Notes: generated by a model from the letters alone, not told the origin. A DNA stretch of 64,000 nt from Octopus vulgaris (GCA_951406725.2 OX597837.1:14384001-14448000); one strand, 5' to 3'. Counted from the stretch's first letter, positions 1-13,000 are shown. Numbers and translations are program-made.

Positions 1-392
1 AGCCTCCTGGCTTGTCAGTTTTCAGTCAAACCGTCGAACCCATGCCACCATGGAAAGTGAATGTTAAACGAAGATGAGGACGAATGACAATGTATGTATG
101 TATGTGTGTGTGTGTGTGTGTATGTGTTTGTGTATATTTCTGTCAGTGTTTGTCACCCTCCCCACTCTACTGGACAACTGGTGTTGGTTTGTTTACATTC
201 CCATAACCTAACAGGTCAGCAAAAGACACCAACAAAACAGTATCACACTAACACCAAAAATAAACAATTTCTGGGGTCAATTTGTTTGACTGAAACCCTT
301 CAAGGCAGTGCTCCAGCATGGTGGCAGTCCAACAACTGAAACAATTTAAAAAAAAAAAAAAATGAATTACTGTAAATATTAATTCAACTCAC

Positions 393-494
393 TTCCCAAA
401 GTGAGATCAGGTTTAATTTCTCATCTTCACATTGTTCTGGGTTTATTTTGAAACCAGTCTCTTCAAAGAACTCTCTAACACCAGCATCAGTGAT
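393..494 (-). CDS. NUDT17: NUDT17-like exon 5 (ITDAGVREFFEETGFKINPEQCEDEKLNLISLWE); gene continues beyond position 1
   Basis: ttttag| acceptor, GAA|gtgagt donor, 102 nt; completes the Nudix box GHIEAKETITDAGVREFFEETG (Gx5Ex7REUxEExGU) and the LWE motif. Confidence 0.9.
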
Positions 495-689
495 CTAAAA
501 AACAAAAAAATCATTTAAAATAAATTTAACACATAAACTATAGATAGAAATGTAACTGTAAACACTTACTGAATTGCCCCTAGTAGTACAAATGGCTACA
601 TCAATGCTGAATTGATAATATATTTATCTTTTATTTTGAACAATATATATATTTTGAACGATATATATACATATATATATATATATATG

Positions 690-892
690 TGACCTCGTGT
701 GTACCGTTGGCGATTTTTTTCCTCTGTCTTCCCTTCTCTGGATCTTTCCTATCCCTATGTTTCCGACGAAGAGCTCCGCTCCGAAACTTAAACCCTCCTT
801 CAATGTTTCTGAGTGTCCAATAATACTATATTTGTTCCATCGTCCTCGCGTTGTTGTGTTTTTTTTGTGCTTTCTTGTTTGGATTAACTTTA
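690..892 (+). mobile_element. Penelope-like terminal-repeat fragment between (TA)n tracts, with a degenerate hammerhead motif at 759-793
   Basis: gttt-ccgacga-agagctccgctc-cgaaac-tt-aaac resembles a minimal hammerhead core; part of the same repeat recurs inverted at ~32729-32806. Confidence 0.55.
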
Positions 893-931
893 TATATATA
901 TCCATGTATGCATGGATATATATATATATCC

Positions 932-971
<40 letters not shown>

Positions 972-1027
972 ATGTATATATATATATATCCATGTATATA
1001 TATATATATCCATGTATATATATATAT

Positions 1028-1144
1028 AAATTAGTGTACATTTAAACACAAAAGAGGCGACCTTAACAGGATGCCCTACAAGCTAGAAGGAACAGTCAAA
1101 GTCCGACCAGGTCACTTCTTTTGTGTTTAAATGTACACTAATTT
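1028..1144. mobile_element. MITE-like element with ~36-bp terminal inverted repeats in NUDT17 intron 4
   Basis: aaattagtgtacatttaaacacaaaagaggcgacct versus aggtcacttcttttgtgtttaaatgtacactaattt (2 mismatches), TA-rich flanks. Confidence 0.7.
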
Positions 1145-1357
1145 TTATATGAAAAATATATTGTCTATTGACTATTTTATACATACAAGGCCACTGGTAG
1201 AAACATTTCTATAATTTTCCTACCCTGTATATTTTTATATCATTGAAAGCTCAAAGATACAAGAAAATGCATGATTAATTCAAAACAATGGGAATAAAAC
1301 AAAAACATGGAATACATGAAAGAAAGTCTGAATGGTAAAGAATCGAAGGCAACTTAC

Positions 1358-1383
1358 CGTTTCTTTTGCTTCTATATGACCAC
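1358..1383 (-). CDS. NUDT17: NUDT17-like 26-nt microexon 4 ((G)GHIEAKET)
   Basis: tttctgcag| acceptor, ACG|gtaagt donor; phase 1 completes the Gly codon from exon 3 and supplies the first half of the Nudix box. Confidence 0.88.
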
Positions 1384-1918
1384 CTGCAGAAATAGAAATG
1401 TTTCAATCAAAAAAAAAAACAAAACAGAATCTAAGTTTTTTTTTTTTTTAAATCTTCAGAAAGCGAGGTCGACCAAAGAAAATATGGAGGGGACAGGTGG
1501 ACGAGGATATTGGGAGGGTTGGCTTGAAGAAGGAAGACACCGAAAACTGGGCCGGATGGTGTGAGAGCAGTTGTTGTAAGAGTGAGATAGATCCGGTCAC
1601 CCCTGTTAACGGGGACAAATCCGGATTTAAAATATTGGAATCCATCATCAGGGACACCATATTTCCTTATACAATCATAAAATACTACAAAATATATTGA
1701 ATAAGTGAATGCTGCGTTCTTCTGTGTTAGCAGTGCTATTAAATCACTTGTCAAGGAACTACAAAGTACATTGGTTTCCCATTCTGGCACAAGGCCAGCA
1801 ATTTTGGGGGAGTAGTAAGTTGACTACATGCTGCAAGAATATGAGGTGTAGTGGAGGGTAGTGGAATAACAGTAGTAAAAGAGTTATCTAAAGGTGAAAA
1901 GAAGAAGAAACAACTTAC

Positions 1919-2090
1919 CTGGTGGTACCCAGATACCTGGAAATATACGCAGGTGATTTGCTCTTCTGGACAGCAATAATTTGTGGTCGGAACTTTCAAG
2001 AAGAACGGCAACTCCAACATCAATTCCTCTGCTTTTGGTTGCTGCATCAAGGTCTGATGTTAGGTTCAAAATCGGACAGAAGGATGGATG
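1919..2090 (-). CDS. NUDT17: NUDT17-like exon 3 (HPSFCPILN...RGIDVGVAVLLESSDHKLLLSRRANHLRIFPGIWVPPG)
   Basis: tttccag| acceptor, G|gtaagt donor, 172 nt; closely matches the NUDT17 signature PxFCP...RGVDxGVAVxLxSxDxxxLLxRR...WVPPGG. Confidence 0.92.
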
Positions 2091-2214
2091 CTGGAAATAT
2101 TGAGAAGAGTTCAGTGACAGTTTCAACATTAGAAATAAGCAATCATTTATAAAGATTACCTCAGGGATTCTTATAAGGACAAATACCAACTCTGCCACCA
2201 ACAAGAAAGAAATA

Positions 2215-2398
2215 TGCTTTTCTACTCTAGGCACAAGGTCCGACATTTTTGGGGAGGGGGCCAGTCGATTAGATCAACCCCAGTATGCAACTGGTGCTTA
2301 ATTTATCGACCCCAAAAGGTTAAAAGGCAAGGTCAACCTCAGTGGAATTTGAACTCAGAACGTAAGGACAGACAAAATACCGCTAAGCATTTCGCCCA
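2215..2398 (-). mobile_element. tRNA-derived SINE with Nin-like central domain, diverged copy
   Basis: Reverse match to the SINE at 53043-53280 (ttatcgacccc...aaaggcaaggtcaacctc...ggaatttgaactcagaacgtaa). Confidence 0.75.
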
Positions 2399-2726
2399 GT
2401 AAACTGCTATTTGGTAAGGCTGCACTGAACTTAACTGTCACAATTGCTGGCCTTTTTCAATTCCACAATGTTTCTGAATTTCGTGTTTTTACTCACTAGA
2501 CATGTAAAACACCTGATACAGAGCAGATATGTGTTAAGAAGTGTTCTTCTCGGCCATTTGATCCTGGGACCAGTCTCATTGCAAGGCACCTTGGGCAAGT
2601 GTCTTCTACTGTACTTCTAGTTGTAGAAAATTAACCTCAACAAATTCTATCTGACTTATGCAAGCATGAAAAATGGCACTGATGATGATGTTGATGATGA
2701 TGACAACGTATAAACCAAGGTCTTAC

Positions 2727-2852
2727 TTTCAGAAATACTGGCCGGCTGTGACTGTCATCCAAAGTTTCATTGCTGATTATAAAAGAATTATTCTTCAGGC
2801 AAGCATAAACAGGAGTCTGAAGATGGGTTGCACCAAAATAATCCACAATACA
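2727..2852 (-). CDS. NUDT17: NUDT17-like exon 2 (CIVDYFGATHLQTPVYACLKNNSFIISNETLDDSHSRPVFLK)
   Basis: ttttacag| acceptor, AAA|gtaaga donor, 126 nt, open in phase 0; matches the NUDT17 CxLxxxxxxxS segment that precedes (R/H)PxFCP. Confidence 0.85.
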
Positions 2853-4246
2853 CTGTAAAATAGAGAATATTTCTAAGATTATTACATGTGAAGAATTAAA
2901 CATAAGTTCTAGCCATCAAACAAAATCACATTTTCAAAGAGAAAACATCAGAAAACCTTCAAAATGTTGTCAAATATAATCTAAGTAAAACAGCAAGGTG
3001 TCTAAACCCCAGCTTTTATACATATTAGATGAAGAAAGCTACTTATCAATTACGATTGAGTATGGGATTTACTAAAAGAAAGCAACTATTAAACTCAACA
3101 CTGTCTAGAAAATTCTTCAAAATTCTAATTTTAATATATTTTTATCAACATATACTTTCAAATATTCTTTTATTATTGATCATTTCAATCACAAAAAAGT
3201 AATTTTAATTCACTGTGGGATTAGCATTTTTTTAAGACTGAAAGATAACATCCTTTTTTTTGTTTATTTCTCTATAATACACTTCATGATTCTATTCTCA
3301 ACAGACATATCAGTAAAATAATGTCTCCACATTACAAGTTGAATCCATTATCAGCCTAATTATGTTGACTCTAGTATCCATTCATATCAGAGTGTTTTTG
3401 AAGAAGAAAAGTGGTTTTAATTTACTGATGTTAATTGCACCAAATATAAACTCATTAAGTGAATTCACTTTAGTTTTAAAATCCATTCAAACCACTCTGC
3501 TTTATTCATCTTTATTCATCTTCCTGTAACTTGGGAGTATGCCCCGACACATCTTCACCGCCAGCTTCCTTCTCTTGCAACTGAGGTAACCACGTACCAC
3601 CCTGACAACAAAACACCTGGTCCTGTCCTCCTCACTATCATACTTCAACATCTCATCCCCTGGCATAAAGCCATGTCCCTCGATACTGTTCCCTGCCACC
3701 AGTTGAGGCATTTTGTCTTTAATTGTCTGGAATTTAATTTCTGTTCTCCAGTCCATCCTATGAGCTTCAACATAATCTTTCTCTAACAAATCTGTAATAT
3801 CACTTAAAAACATTCTGTCACTTGATTTCTCGAAATATTTTTAAAAGCCTGCTCTGCTCCCACGATTACCTTTTTTACAGCTAACCTTGCCTGAAACCAA
3901 ACCCCAGCCACAAGCTGTCCAGCAGCAACACTACCAGCCCTGGCTAGCTCATCAGCTGAGAAGAAAAAACTGTCAAAGTACCGGTCATTTTCTAACGGGT
4001 TTATGATCGAGCCTGTAGCAGTTGAGACCTTGGAGGTCTCCAAACCATATCTCTACTCACTGCTACCAGGACGGAGATTGCTGTCCACCAGTGTAAGCCC
4101 TATGAGTCAGGGTGGCTGTTCCAGCACATCTCCCTCGCTATCCTCTGGGGCATCGCCTTTTCCATTTTGTCTGCTGGTGCCATGACAAATGTTTCTATAT
4201 TATTCCATTAATCCATCAGGCATGCTATAAGTTTAAGAGTGTCTCA

Positions 4247-4530
4247 CATCATCATCATCATCGTTCAACTGTGGTCGAGACAATGGAATTTACTATGTTA
4301 CGCCAGACTTCATGGTCCATCATAGCATTACGGAGATCCTGTTGCTGGATGCCTGTATCCCTGGAGATTACATCAGGGTAGGAGAGTGAGCGCCTTCTGG
4401 TATCGCGAGTAGATGGCTTCCAGGGGAGAAGAGTAGAAAATTAACTCGTTTTCAGCTCTACAACAATGTCCAGCAAACTGGACTCATCTACCTTTCACAA
4501 GAGATGATACAGGTGGTAGTTTCCCATATA
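4247..4530 (-). mobile_element. 3' fragment of RTE-group LINE (same family as 59524-61010) with (TGA)n tail; duplicate at ~12945-13230
   Basis: Encodes YGKLPPVSSLVKGR...IVSTTVE, nearly identical to the C-terminus of ORF 59728-61002. Confidence 0.85.
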
Positions 4531-4943
4531 CTCTTTTACTTGTTTCAGTCATTTCACTGCGGCCATGCTGGAGCACCGCCTTTAGTTGAGCAAATCGACC
4601 ACACTGGGATTTATTCTTTGTAAGCCCAATACTTATTCTATCGGTCTCTTTTGCCGAACCGCTAAGTGACGGGGATGTAAACACACCAGCATCAGTTGTC
4701 AAGCAATGCTAGGGGGACAAACACAGACACACAAACATATACACACACATATACATACACATATATATATACATATATACGACAGGTTTCTTTCAGTTTC
4801 CGTCTACCAAATCCACTCACAAGGCATTGGTCGGCCTGAGGCTATAGCAGAAGACTCTTGCCCAAGATGCCACGCAGTGGGACTGAACCCAGAACCATGT
4901 GGTTGGTAGGCAAGCTACTTACCACACAGTCACTCCTGCGCCT
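4531..4943 (-). mobile_element. Full-length tRNA-derived SINE (CORE-like family with internal microsatellite) with 15-bp target-site duplication
   Basis: Head aggcgcaggagtgactgtgtggtaag with B-box-like gggttcagtccc; tail gaaacaagtaaaagag; TSD gtagtttcccatata (4516-4530) and gtaatttcccatata (4944-4958). Confidence 0.9.
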
Positions 4944-5238
4944 GTAATTTCCCATATATTTGTCTCACATAGATACATCCTCCATATGTTGTTGTCTATA
5001 ATCTTTTAATTCAGTTACATTGTATAACATTTTCCATGGCAACATAAAAAAAAAAGAAAAATAGATGGAATGATCTTCATGGGAGCATCTTGGATCCTTT
5101 GTCAGCCCTACTTAAATACTGAGGCCCCAAGGCATCTACGTAACGATATGTTCTTACAGTGGACACTCGTAAGGGTTAGTTTTTAGGGTTAGTGTGTCAT
5201 TACATGTCCACACATTCAAAAGGTTTTGTATGGGACAC

Positions 5239-5459
5239 ACTCTTTACTCTTTTACTTGTTTCAGGCATTTGACTGTGGCCATGCAGGAGCAAATTTGCCT
5301 TTAGTCGAGCAAATCAACCCCGGGACTTATTCTTTGTAAGCCCAGTACTTATTCTATAGGTCTCTTTTGCCGAACCGCTAAGTTACAGGGACGTAAACAC
5401 ACCAGCATCGGTTGTCAAGCGATGTTGGGGGGGAGGGGCAAACACAGACACAAACGTAC

Positions 5460-5524
<65 letters not shown>

Positions 5525-5682
5525 TACGACGGACTTCTTTCAGTTTCCGTCTACTAAATCCACTCACAAGGCTTTGGTCGGCCCGAGATTATAGTAGAAG
5601 ACACTAGCCCAAGATGCCACGTAGTGGGACTGAACCCGGAACCATGTGGTTCATAAGCAAGCTACTTACCACACAGCCACTC
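5239..5682 (-). mobile_element. SINE of the same CORE-like family; further copies or fragments near 90-345, 13231-13640, 13927-14332, 24079-24212, 24690-24880, 27520-27680, 28890-29220, 31845-32230, 59006-59380 and 61985-62590
   Basis: Shared diagnostic strings tacttgtttcagtcatttgactgcggccatgctggagcaccgcc and ttccgtctaccaaatccactcacaagg. Confidence 0.85.
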
Positions 5683-6513
5683 GACTTTTTTTTAAATCTT
5701 CCAGAATAGATTACCTCCCCTTTATACCGTTACGGAGGTGCGTCGGGACCTTTGTATTTAAGTAGAACCGTTAAGGGACCTCCGTATTTAAGTAGTACCC
5801 AAATGCCTGCTATATCAAGGCTCACTTGAGGCTATAGAACAACATCCGGCATTTTATTCGAAAACCATTTCGTCAATAGTGTTTTTGTTTCGATCCCGAC
5901 CGAAGCCGGTTCCTTTCTTCCGACCCGGCTTACATAACCACGTTTACTGGTTGTTGTGGCAAAAAGCCGCAGGATTCGGTTTCTGGCCCTTTTGTTATCA
6001 CATTCTTTTAAAATACACTGCCTTTGTTTCAGTTAATTTTGGAAATAAACAAGAATCTAGTGAAATCGGTGTCTTTGATATAAATCAACAAAAATTTTGC
6101 TGAAAGTTTAAATTTCGATCATTTTATGTTTTTGTTACGATATTTCTCCTAAAACACACAAACTGTCTCCATCTTATTTAATTTTAAGAAGAAAAAAAAA
6201 AAACGAAGAATTCAATTAACTTTGTCATAATTAAATCGATGTTTCGAACATAAATTGACAGGAAATTTTGTCACCAGATTTAATTTAGGCCCCTTTACAA
6301 TGGAATCAAGGAGGACCAGGGGGCAATTCCAGTCGTGTTGATATTAAAATGGTCCAAGAATTCATTACAGGAGAATCTTCGAAAATAAATTTAATACATT
6401 TAAATTTTGTCAAACTTCAGCTCGGATCGGCGACCTTTGGCTAAACAAGGTGAAAGAAAGCACAACGCTCCTTAGGTTCAATGTTTAGACTATTTAAAGA
6501 CTTACCATTATTA

Positions 6514-6562
<49 letters not shown>

Positions 6563-6867
6563 AGTCTTCATAATTTCGATAAAGGAAGAATATAAACAGG
6601 GAAATAATATTTCTTTTGCCCCTAGGCACAAAGACTGACATTTTGGGAGAGGAGGGCGGTACCTTATATCGATTCCGAAAGGACGAAAGAAGAAGTCGAT
6701 CACGGTGGGATTTTAACTTCGGACGTGAAGACGGACGATTTGCCGCCAAGCATTTTGTCCGGCATAATAACGATTCGGCCAGTTCGGAGCACAAAAGGAA
6801 GAAAAAATAATAAAAAGAAAACGATGTGAGTACGGGTTGCAAACAAGAAAATGCGAGAATGAGATAC

Positions 6868-6945
6868 CTGTGTAAATTTGGCCAATACTGGTCGAGTATC
6901 TCGAGTTGCGTGTTTCAGGTGGACAAGTACCCTCTGGTAAGTCAT
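6868..6945 (-). CDS. NUDT17: NUDT17-like Nudix hydrolase, coding exon 1 (MTYQRVLVHLKHATRDTRPVLAKFTQ)
   Basis: ATG at 6945-6943, 78 nt, ends CAG|gtatct donor; phase 0 joins exon 2; resembles the NUDT17 N-terminus (RVxVxL...F). Confidence 0.8.
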
Positions 6946-7189
6946 TTGGTGTCCAAGAGAAGAATCCCCGGCCATCACAACATTCACTCGCTTCTCACCA
7001 AAACATTCCGCTCACAGACGGATTTACCTCCCTTGACAACCGCTCAAATACCTAATTACTTCCCTTGAAACTTTATTAATTTCATGTTTTTTTAAACGTA
7101 ATTCCTTATCTTTTATCTTTTATGTTTTGCTTGTTTCAGCACCGGTTGTCAGACGGTGATGGGGGACAAACAGACGCACACACACACAT

Positions 7190-7297
7190 ATATAAACACA
7201 CACATACACACATACATACATACATACATACATACATACATACATACATACATACATACATACATACATACACACATACATACATACATACATACAC

Positions 7298-7330
<33 letters not shown>

Positions 7331-7352
7331 CATACATACATACACACATACA

Positions 7353-7386
<34 letters not shown>

Positions 7387-7426
7387 CATACATACATACA
7401 CACATACATACATACATACACACACA

Positions 7427-7460
<34 letters not shown>

Positions 7461-7490
7461 CATACATAAACACACACATACATACATACA

Positions 7491-7524
<34 letters not shown>

Positions 7525-7577
7525 CATACATACATATATACATCATACATACATATATACATACATACATACATATA

Positions 7578-7643
<66 letters not shown>

Positions 7644-7697
7644 CATACATACATATATACATACATACATACATACATATATACATGCATACATACA

Positions 7698-7731
<34 letters not shown>

Positions 7732-7981
7732 CATACATACATACATACATACATGTGTGCGTGTGTACATACATACATACATACATACATATATACATAC
7801 ATACATACATACATACATACATACATACATACATACATACATACATACATACATACATACATACATACATACATACATACATACAGACAGACAGACATAC
7901 ATACATACATACATACATACATACATACATACATACATACATACATACATACATACATACATACATACATACATACATACA

Positions 7982-8047
<66 letters not shown>

Positions 8048-8137
8048 CATACATATATACATACATATATACATACATACATACATACATACATACATAC
8101 ATACATACATACATACATACATACATACATACATACA

Positions 8138-8171
<34 letters not shown>

Positions 8172-8173
8172 CA

Positions 8174-8207
<34 letters not shown>

Positions 8208-8209
8208 CA

Positions 8210-8243
<34 letters not shown>

Positions 8244-8712
8244 CATACATACATACATACATACATACATACATTCATTCATACATACATACATACATAC
8301 ATACATACATACGTACATACATACATACATACATACGTACACACATACATACATACATACATACATACATACATACATACATACATACATACATACATAC
8401 ATACATACATACATACATACATACATACATACATACGTACACATACATACATACACACATACATACATACATACATACATACATACATAATACATACATA
8501 CATACATACATACATACATACATACACACATACATACATATATACATCATACATACATACATACATACATTCATTCATACATACATACGTACATACATAC
8601 ATACATACATACATACATACATAATATACATAAATCATACATACATTCATACATACATACATACATACACACACACATACATACATACATACGTACGTAC
8701 GTACATGCGTGC
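7190..8712 (+). repeat. (TACA)n tetranucleotide array, ~1.5 kb, immediately upstream of NUDT17 exon 1
   Basis: Directly visible. Confidence 0.98.
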
Positions 8713-8714
8713 AT

Positions 8715-9360
8715 ACATCCTCCCACTTTGAAAAGTATGCGTTTGCAATCCAGAACAGGAAATATCAACCAAGTACCTGATGCACAAAAGGATAGAGATG
8801 CAGGAAAAACTTTGTGGAGTTCACACTGAAGATATCACCCACATCATAAGCAGTTGTCCGAAAATGTCATCACGGTATTATCTACCGATGAGACATGACG
8901 TTGTAGCTAGGACACTCTATAATGAAATCCGTCGGAAGGATAATCCCGAGGACAAAGAAATAAGAACCCACAATATGGTAGAAGCCATAGCCACTCATAA
9001 TAAAAAGGAATACTGGTGGAATGTACCAGTGAAGACCTCAATAAAATGTAAGCACAACAGACCTGATATAATGATTTGGGATAGAAAAGAGAAACTGTGC
9101 ACAGTTGTGGAAATTAGCTGCCCAGCGGATGTTAACATAAAGCTGAAGATCAGTGAAAAGAGAACACCTATGCTGAACTATTGAGAAATCTGCAGTTACT
9201 CTATCCAGATTACAAGTTCAGGTTTATACCTGTAATTACTGGGGCCCTGGGATATGTAACACACTGCCTAAATACCAATCTTGAGAAATTAGGCTTCTTA
9301 AATCCAGAAAGGAGAAAGCTAATTCGAAGACTACAGATCCAATCCATCAGTGGATTTGCC
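8715..9360 (+). mobile_element. 3' fragment of an R4/Dong-type non-LTR retrotransposon (zinc knuckle plus restriction-like endonuclease), frameshifted
   Basis: LCG..EDITHIISSC...RHDVVA, HNRPDIMIWD...VVEISCP and IPVITGALG motifs in ORFs 8780-9184 and 9181-9390. Confidence 0.85.
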
Positions 9361-9684
9361 ATACGTATGTATGTATGTATGTATGTATGATTTATGTATG
9401 TATGTATGTATGTATGTATGTATGAATGTATGTACGTATGTATGTATGTATGTATGTATGTATGTATGTATGTATGTATGTATGTATGTATGTATGTATG
9501 TATGTATGTATGTATGTATGTACGTATGTATGTATGTACGTATGTATGTATGTATGTATATACGTATGTATGTATGTATGTATGTATGTATGTATGTATG
9601 TATGATTTATGTATATTATGTATGTATGTATGTATGTATGTATGAATGTATGTACGTATGTATGTATGTATGTATGTACGTACG

Positions 9685-9716
<32 letters not shown>

Positions 9717-9848
9717 TGTATGTACGTATGTATGTATGTACGTATGTATGTATGTATGTATATACGTATGTATGTATGTATGTATATATGTATGTATGTA
9801 TGTATGTATGTGTGTATGTATGTATGTATGTATGTATGTATGTATGTA
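9361..9848 (+). repeat. (TGTA)n array, reverse orientation relative to 7190-8712
   Basis: Directly visible. Confidence 0.97.
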
Positions 9849-9946
9849 CAGCTAGAGAGGCCATAGGCCTAGGGAAAAGCTTAGCTGTGAAGCTAAGAGT
9901 AACCCCACAGACTGGTCGTAGCTATCTGTATAGACATACATACATA

Positions 9947-10046
9947 NNNNNNNNNNNNNNNNNNNNNNNNNNNNNNNNNNNNNNNNNNNNNNNNNNNNNN
10001 NNNNNNNNNNNNNNNNNNNNNNNNNNNNNNNNNNNNNNNNNNNNNN
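9947..10046. other. Assembly gap (100 N)
   Basis: Run of n characters. Confidence 0.99.
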
Positions 10047-13000
10047 ACGAGGATATTGCGAGGGTTGGCTTGAAGAAGGAAGACGCCGAAAACTGGGCCG
10101 GATGGTGTGAGAGCAGTTGTTGTAAGAGTGAGATAGATCCGGTCACCCCTGTTAACGGGGACAAATCCGGATTTAAAATATTGGAATCCATCATCAGGGA
10201 ACACCATATTTCCTTATACAATCATAAAATACTACAAAATATATTGAATAAGTAAATGCTGCGTTCTTCTGTGTTAGCAGTGCTATTAAATCACTTGTCA
10301 AGGAACTACAAAGTACATTGGTTTCCCATTCTGGCACAAGGCCAGCAATTTTGGGGGAGTAGTAAGTTGACTACATGCTGCAAGAATATGATGTGTAGCG
10401 GAGGGTAGTGGAATAACAGTAGTAAAAGAGTTATCTAATGGGGAAAAGAAGAAGAAACGACTTACCTGGTGGTACCCAGATACCTGGAAATATACGCAGG
10501 TGATTTGCTCTTCTGGACAGCAATAATTTGTGGTCGGAACTTTCAAGAAGAACGGCAACTCCAACATCAATTCCTCTGCTTTTGGTTGCTGCATCAAGGT
10601 CTGACGTTAGGTTCAATATCGGACAGAAGGATGGATGCTGGAAATATTGAGAAGAGTTCAGTGAATGTTTCAACTTTAGAAATAAGCGAATCATTTATAA
10701 AGATTACCTCAGGGATTCTTATAAGGACAAATACCAACTGCCGCCAACAAGAAAGAAATATGCTTTTCTACTCTAGGCACAAGGCCGGAAATTTTTGGGG
10801 AGGGGGCCAGTTGATTAGATCAACCCCAGTATGCAACTAGGTGCTTAATTTATCGATCCTGAAAAGGTTAAAAGGCAAGGTCAACCTCAGTGGAATTTGA
10901 ACTCAGAACGTAAGGACAGACAAAATACCGCTAAGCATTTCGCCCAGTAAACTGCTATTTGGTAAGGCTGCACTGAACTTAACTGGTCACAATTGCTGGC
11001 CTTTTTCAATTCCACAATGTTTCTGAATTTCGAGTTTTTACTCACTAGATATGTAAAAACCTGATATGGTGCAGACATGTGTTAAGAAGTGTACTTCCCG
11101 GCCATTTGATCCTGGGACCAGTCTCATTGCAAGGCACCATGGGCAAGTGTCTTCTACTGTACTTCTAGTTGTAGAAAATTAACCTCAACAAATTCTATCT
11201 GACTCAAGCAAGCATGAAAAATGGCACTGATGATGATGATGATGATGATGATGATGACAACATATAAACCAAGGTCTTACTTTCAGAAATACTGGCCGGC
11301 TGTGACTGTCATCCAAAGTTTCGTTGCTGATTATAAAAGAATTATTCTTCAGGCAAGCATAAACAGGAGTCTGAAGATGGGTTGCACCAAAATAATCCAC
11401 AATACACTGTAAAATAGAGATTATTTCTAAGATTATTACATGTGAAGCATTAAACATAAGTTCTAGCCATCAAACAAAATCACATTGTCAAAGAGAAAAC
11501 ATCAGAAAATTTATCTTCAAAATTTTGGGGAGGGGGCCAGTTGATTAGATCAACCCCAGTATGCAACTGGTGCTTAATTTATCGACCCCAAAAGGTTAAA
11601 AGGCAAGATCAACCTCAGTGGAATTTGAACTCAGAACGTAATAATCTAAGTAAAACAGAGAGATGTCTAAACCCCAGCTTTTATACATATTAGATGAAGG
11701 AAGCTACTTATCAATTACGATTGAGTATGGGATTTACTAAAAGAAAGCAACTATTAAACTCAACACTGAAAATTCTTCAAAATTCTAATTTTAATATATT
11801 TTATATCAACATATACTTTCAAATATTCTTTTATTATTGATCATTTCAATCACAAAAAAGTAATTTTAATTCACTGCGGGATTAGCATTTTTTAAGACTG
11901 AAAGATAACATCCTTTTTTTGTTTATTTCTCTATAATACACTTCATGATTCTATTCTCAACAGATGTATCAATAAAATAATGTCTCCACATTACACGCTG
12001 AATCCATTATCAGCCTAATTATATTGATTCTAGTATCCATTTATATCAGAGAGTGTTTTTGAAGAAGAAAAGTGGTTTTAATTTGCTGATGTTAATTGCA
12101 CCAAATATAAACTCATTAAGTGAATTCGCTTTAGTTTTAAAATCTATTCAAACCACTTCTCTTTATTCATCTTTATTCATCTTCCTGTAACTTGGGAGTA
12201 TGCCCCAACACATCTTCACCACCAGCTTCCTTCTCTTGCAACTGAGGTAACCACGTGTCTCCCTGACAACAGGACACCTGGTCCTGTCCTCTTCACTATC
12301 ATACTTCAACATCTCATCACCTGGCATAAAGCCATGTCCCTCAATACTGTTCCCTGCCACCAGTTGAGGCATTTTGTCTTTAATTGTCTGGAATTTAATT
12401 TCTGTTCTCCAGTCCATCCTATGAGCTTCAACACAAACTTTCTCTAACAAATCTGTAATATCACTGAAAAACATCCTGTCACTTGATTTCTTGAAATATT
12501 TTTAAAAGCCTGCCGTGCTCCCACGATTACCTTTTTTACGGCTAACCTTGCCTGAAACCAGACCCCAGCCACAAGTTGTGACACCTCCAGCAGCAACTTT
12601 CCCAGCTACCAGCCCTGGCTCCACTGCTCATCAGGCTGAGAAGACAAAAACTGTGAAAGCACCGGTCATTCTCTGACAGGTTTATGATTGAGCCTGTAGC
12701 AGTTAAGACCTTGGAGGTCTCCAGACCATATCTCTACTCACTGCTACCAGGACGGAGATTGCTGTCCACCAGTGTAAGCCCTATGAGTCAGACTGACTGT
12801 TCCAGCACATCTCCCTAGCTATCCTCTGGGGCAATGCCTTTTCCATTTTGTCTGCTGGTGCCATGAGAAATGTTTCTATATTGTGAGAGGCAAAAAAATA
12901 CTCTATTAATCCATCAGGCATGCTATAAGTTTAAGAGTGTCTCACATCATCATCATCATCATCGTTCGACCGTGGTCGAGACAATGGAGTTTACTATGTT

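Noticed and set aside
3502-4190. ORFs 3502-3813 and 3804-4043 inside NUDT17 intron 1
   Set aside because: No recognisable domain, and frames are not conserved in the duplicate copy; probably a decayed transposon fragment of a family I cannot name.
5030-5043. X-box-like ttttccatggcaac in NUDT17 intron 1
   Set aside because: Mismatch at the conserved first G and ~1.9 kb from the start codon; plausible by chance.
7120-8768. Long ORFs (up to 460 aa) of YVCM/HTYI repeats, and similar ORFs throughout the window
   Set aside because: They are translations of TACA/TA/CA microsatellites that happen to lack stop codons; no coding signal.
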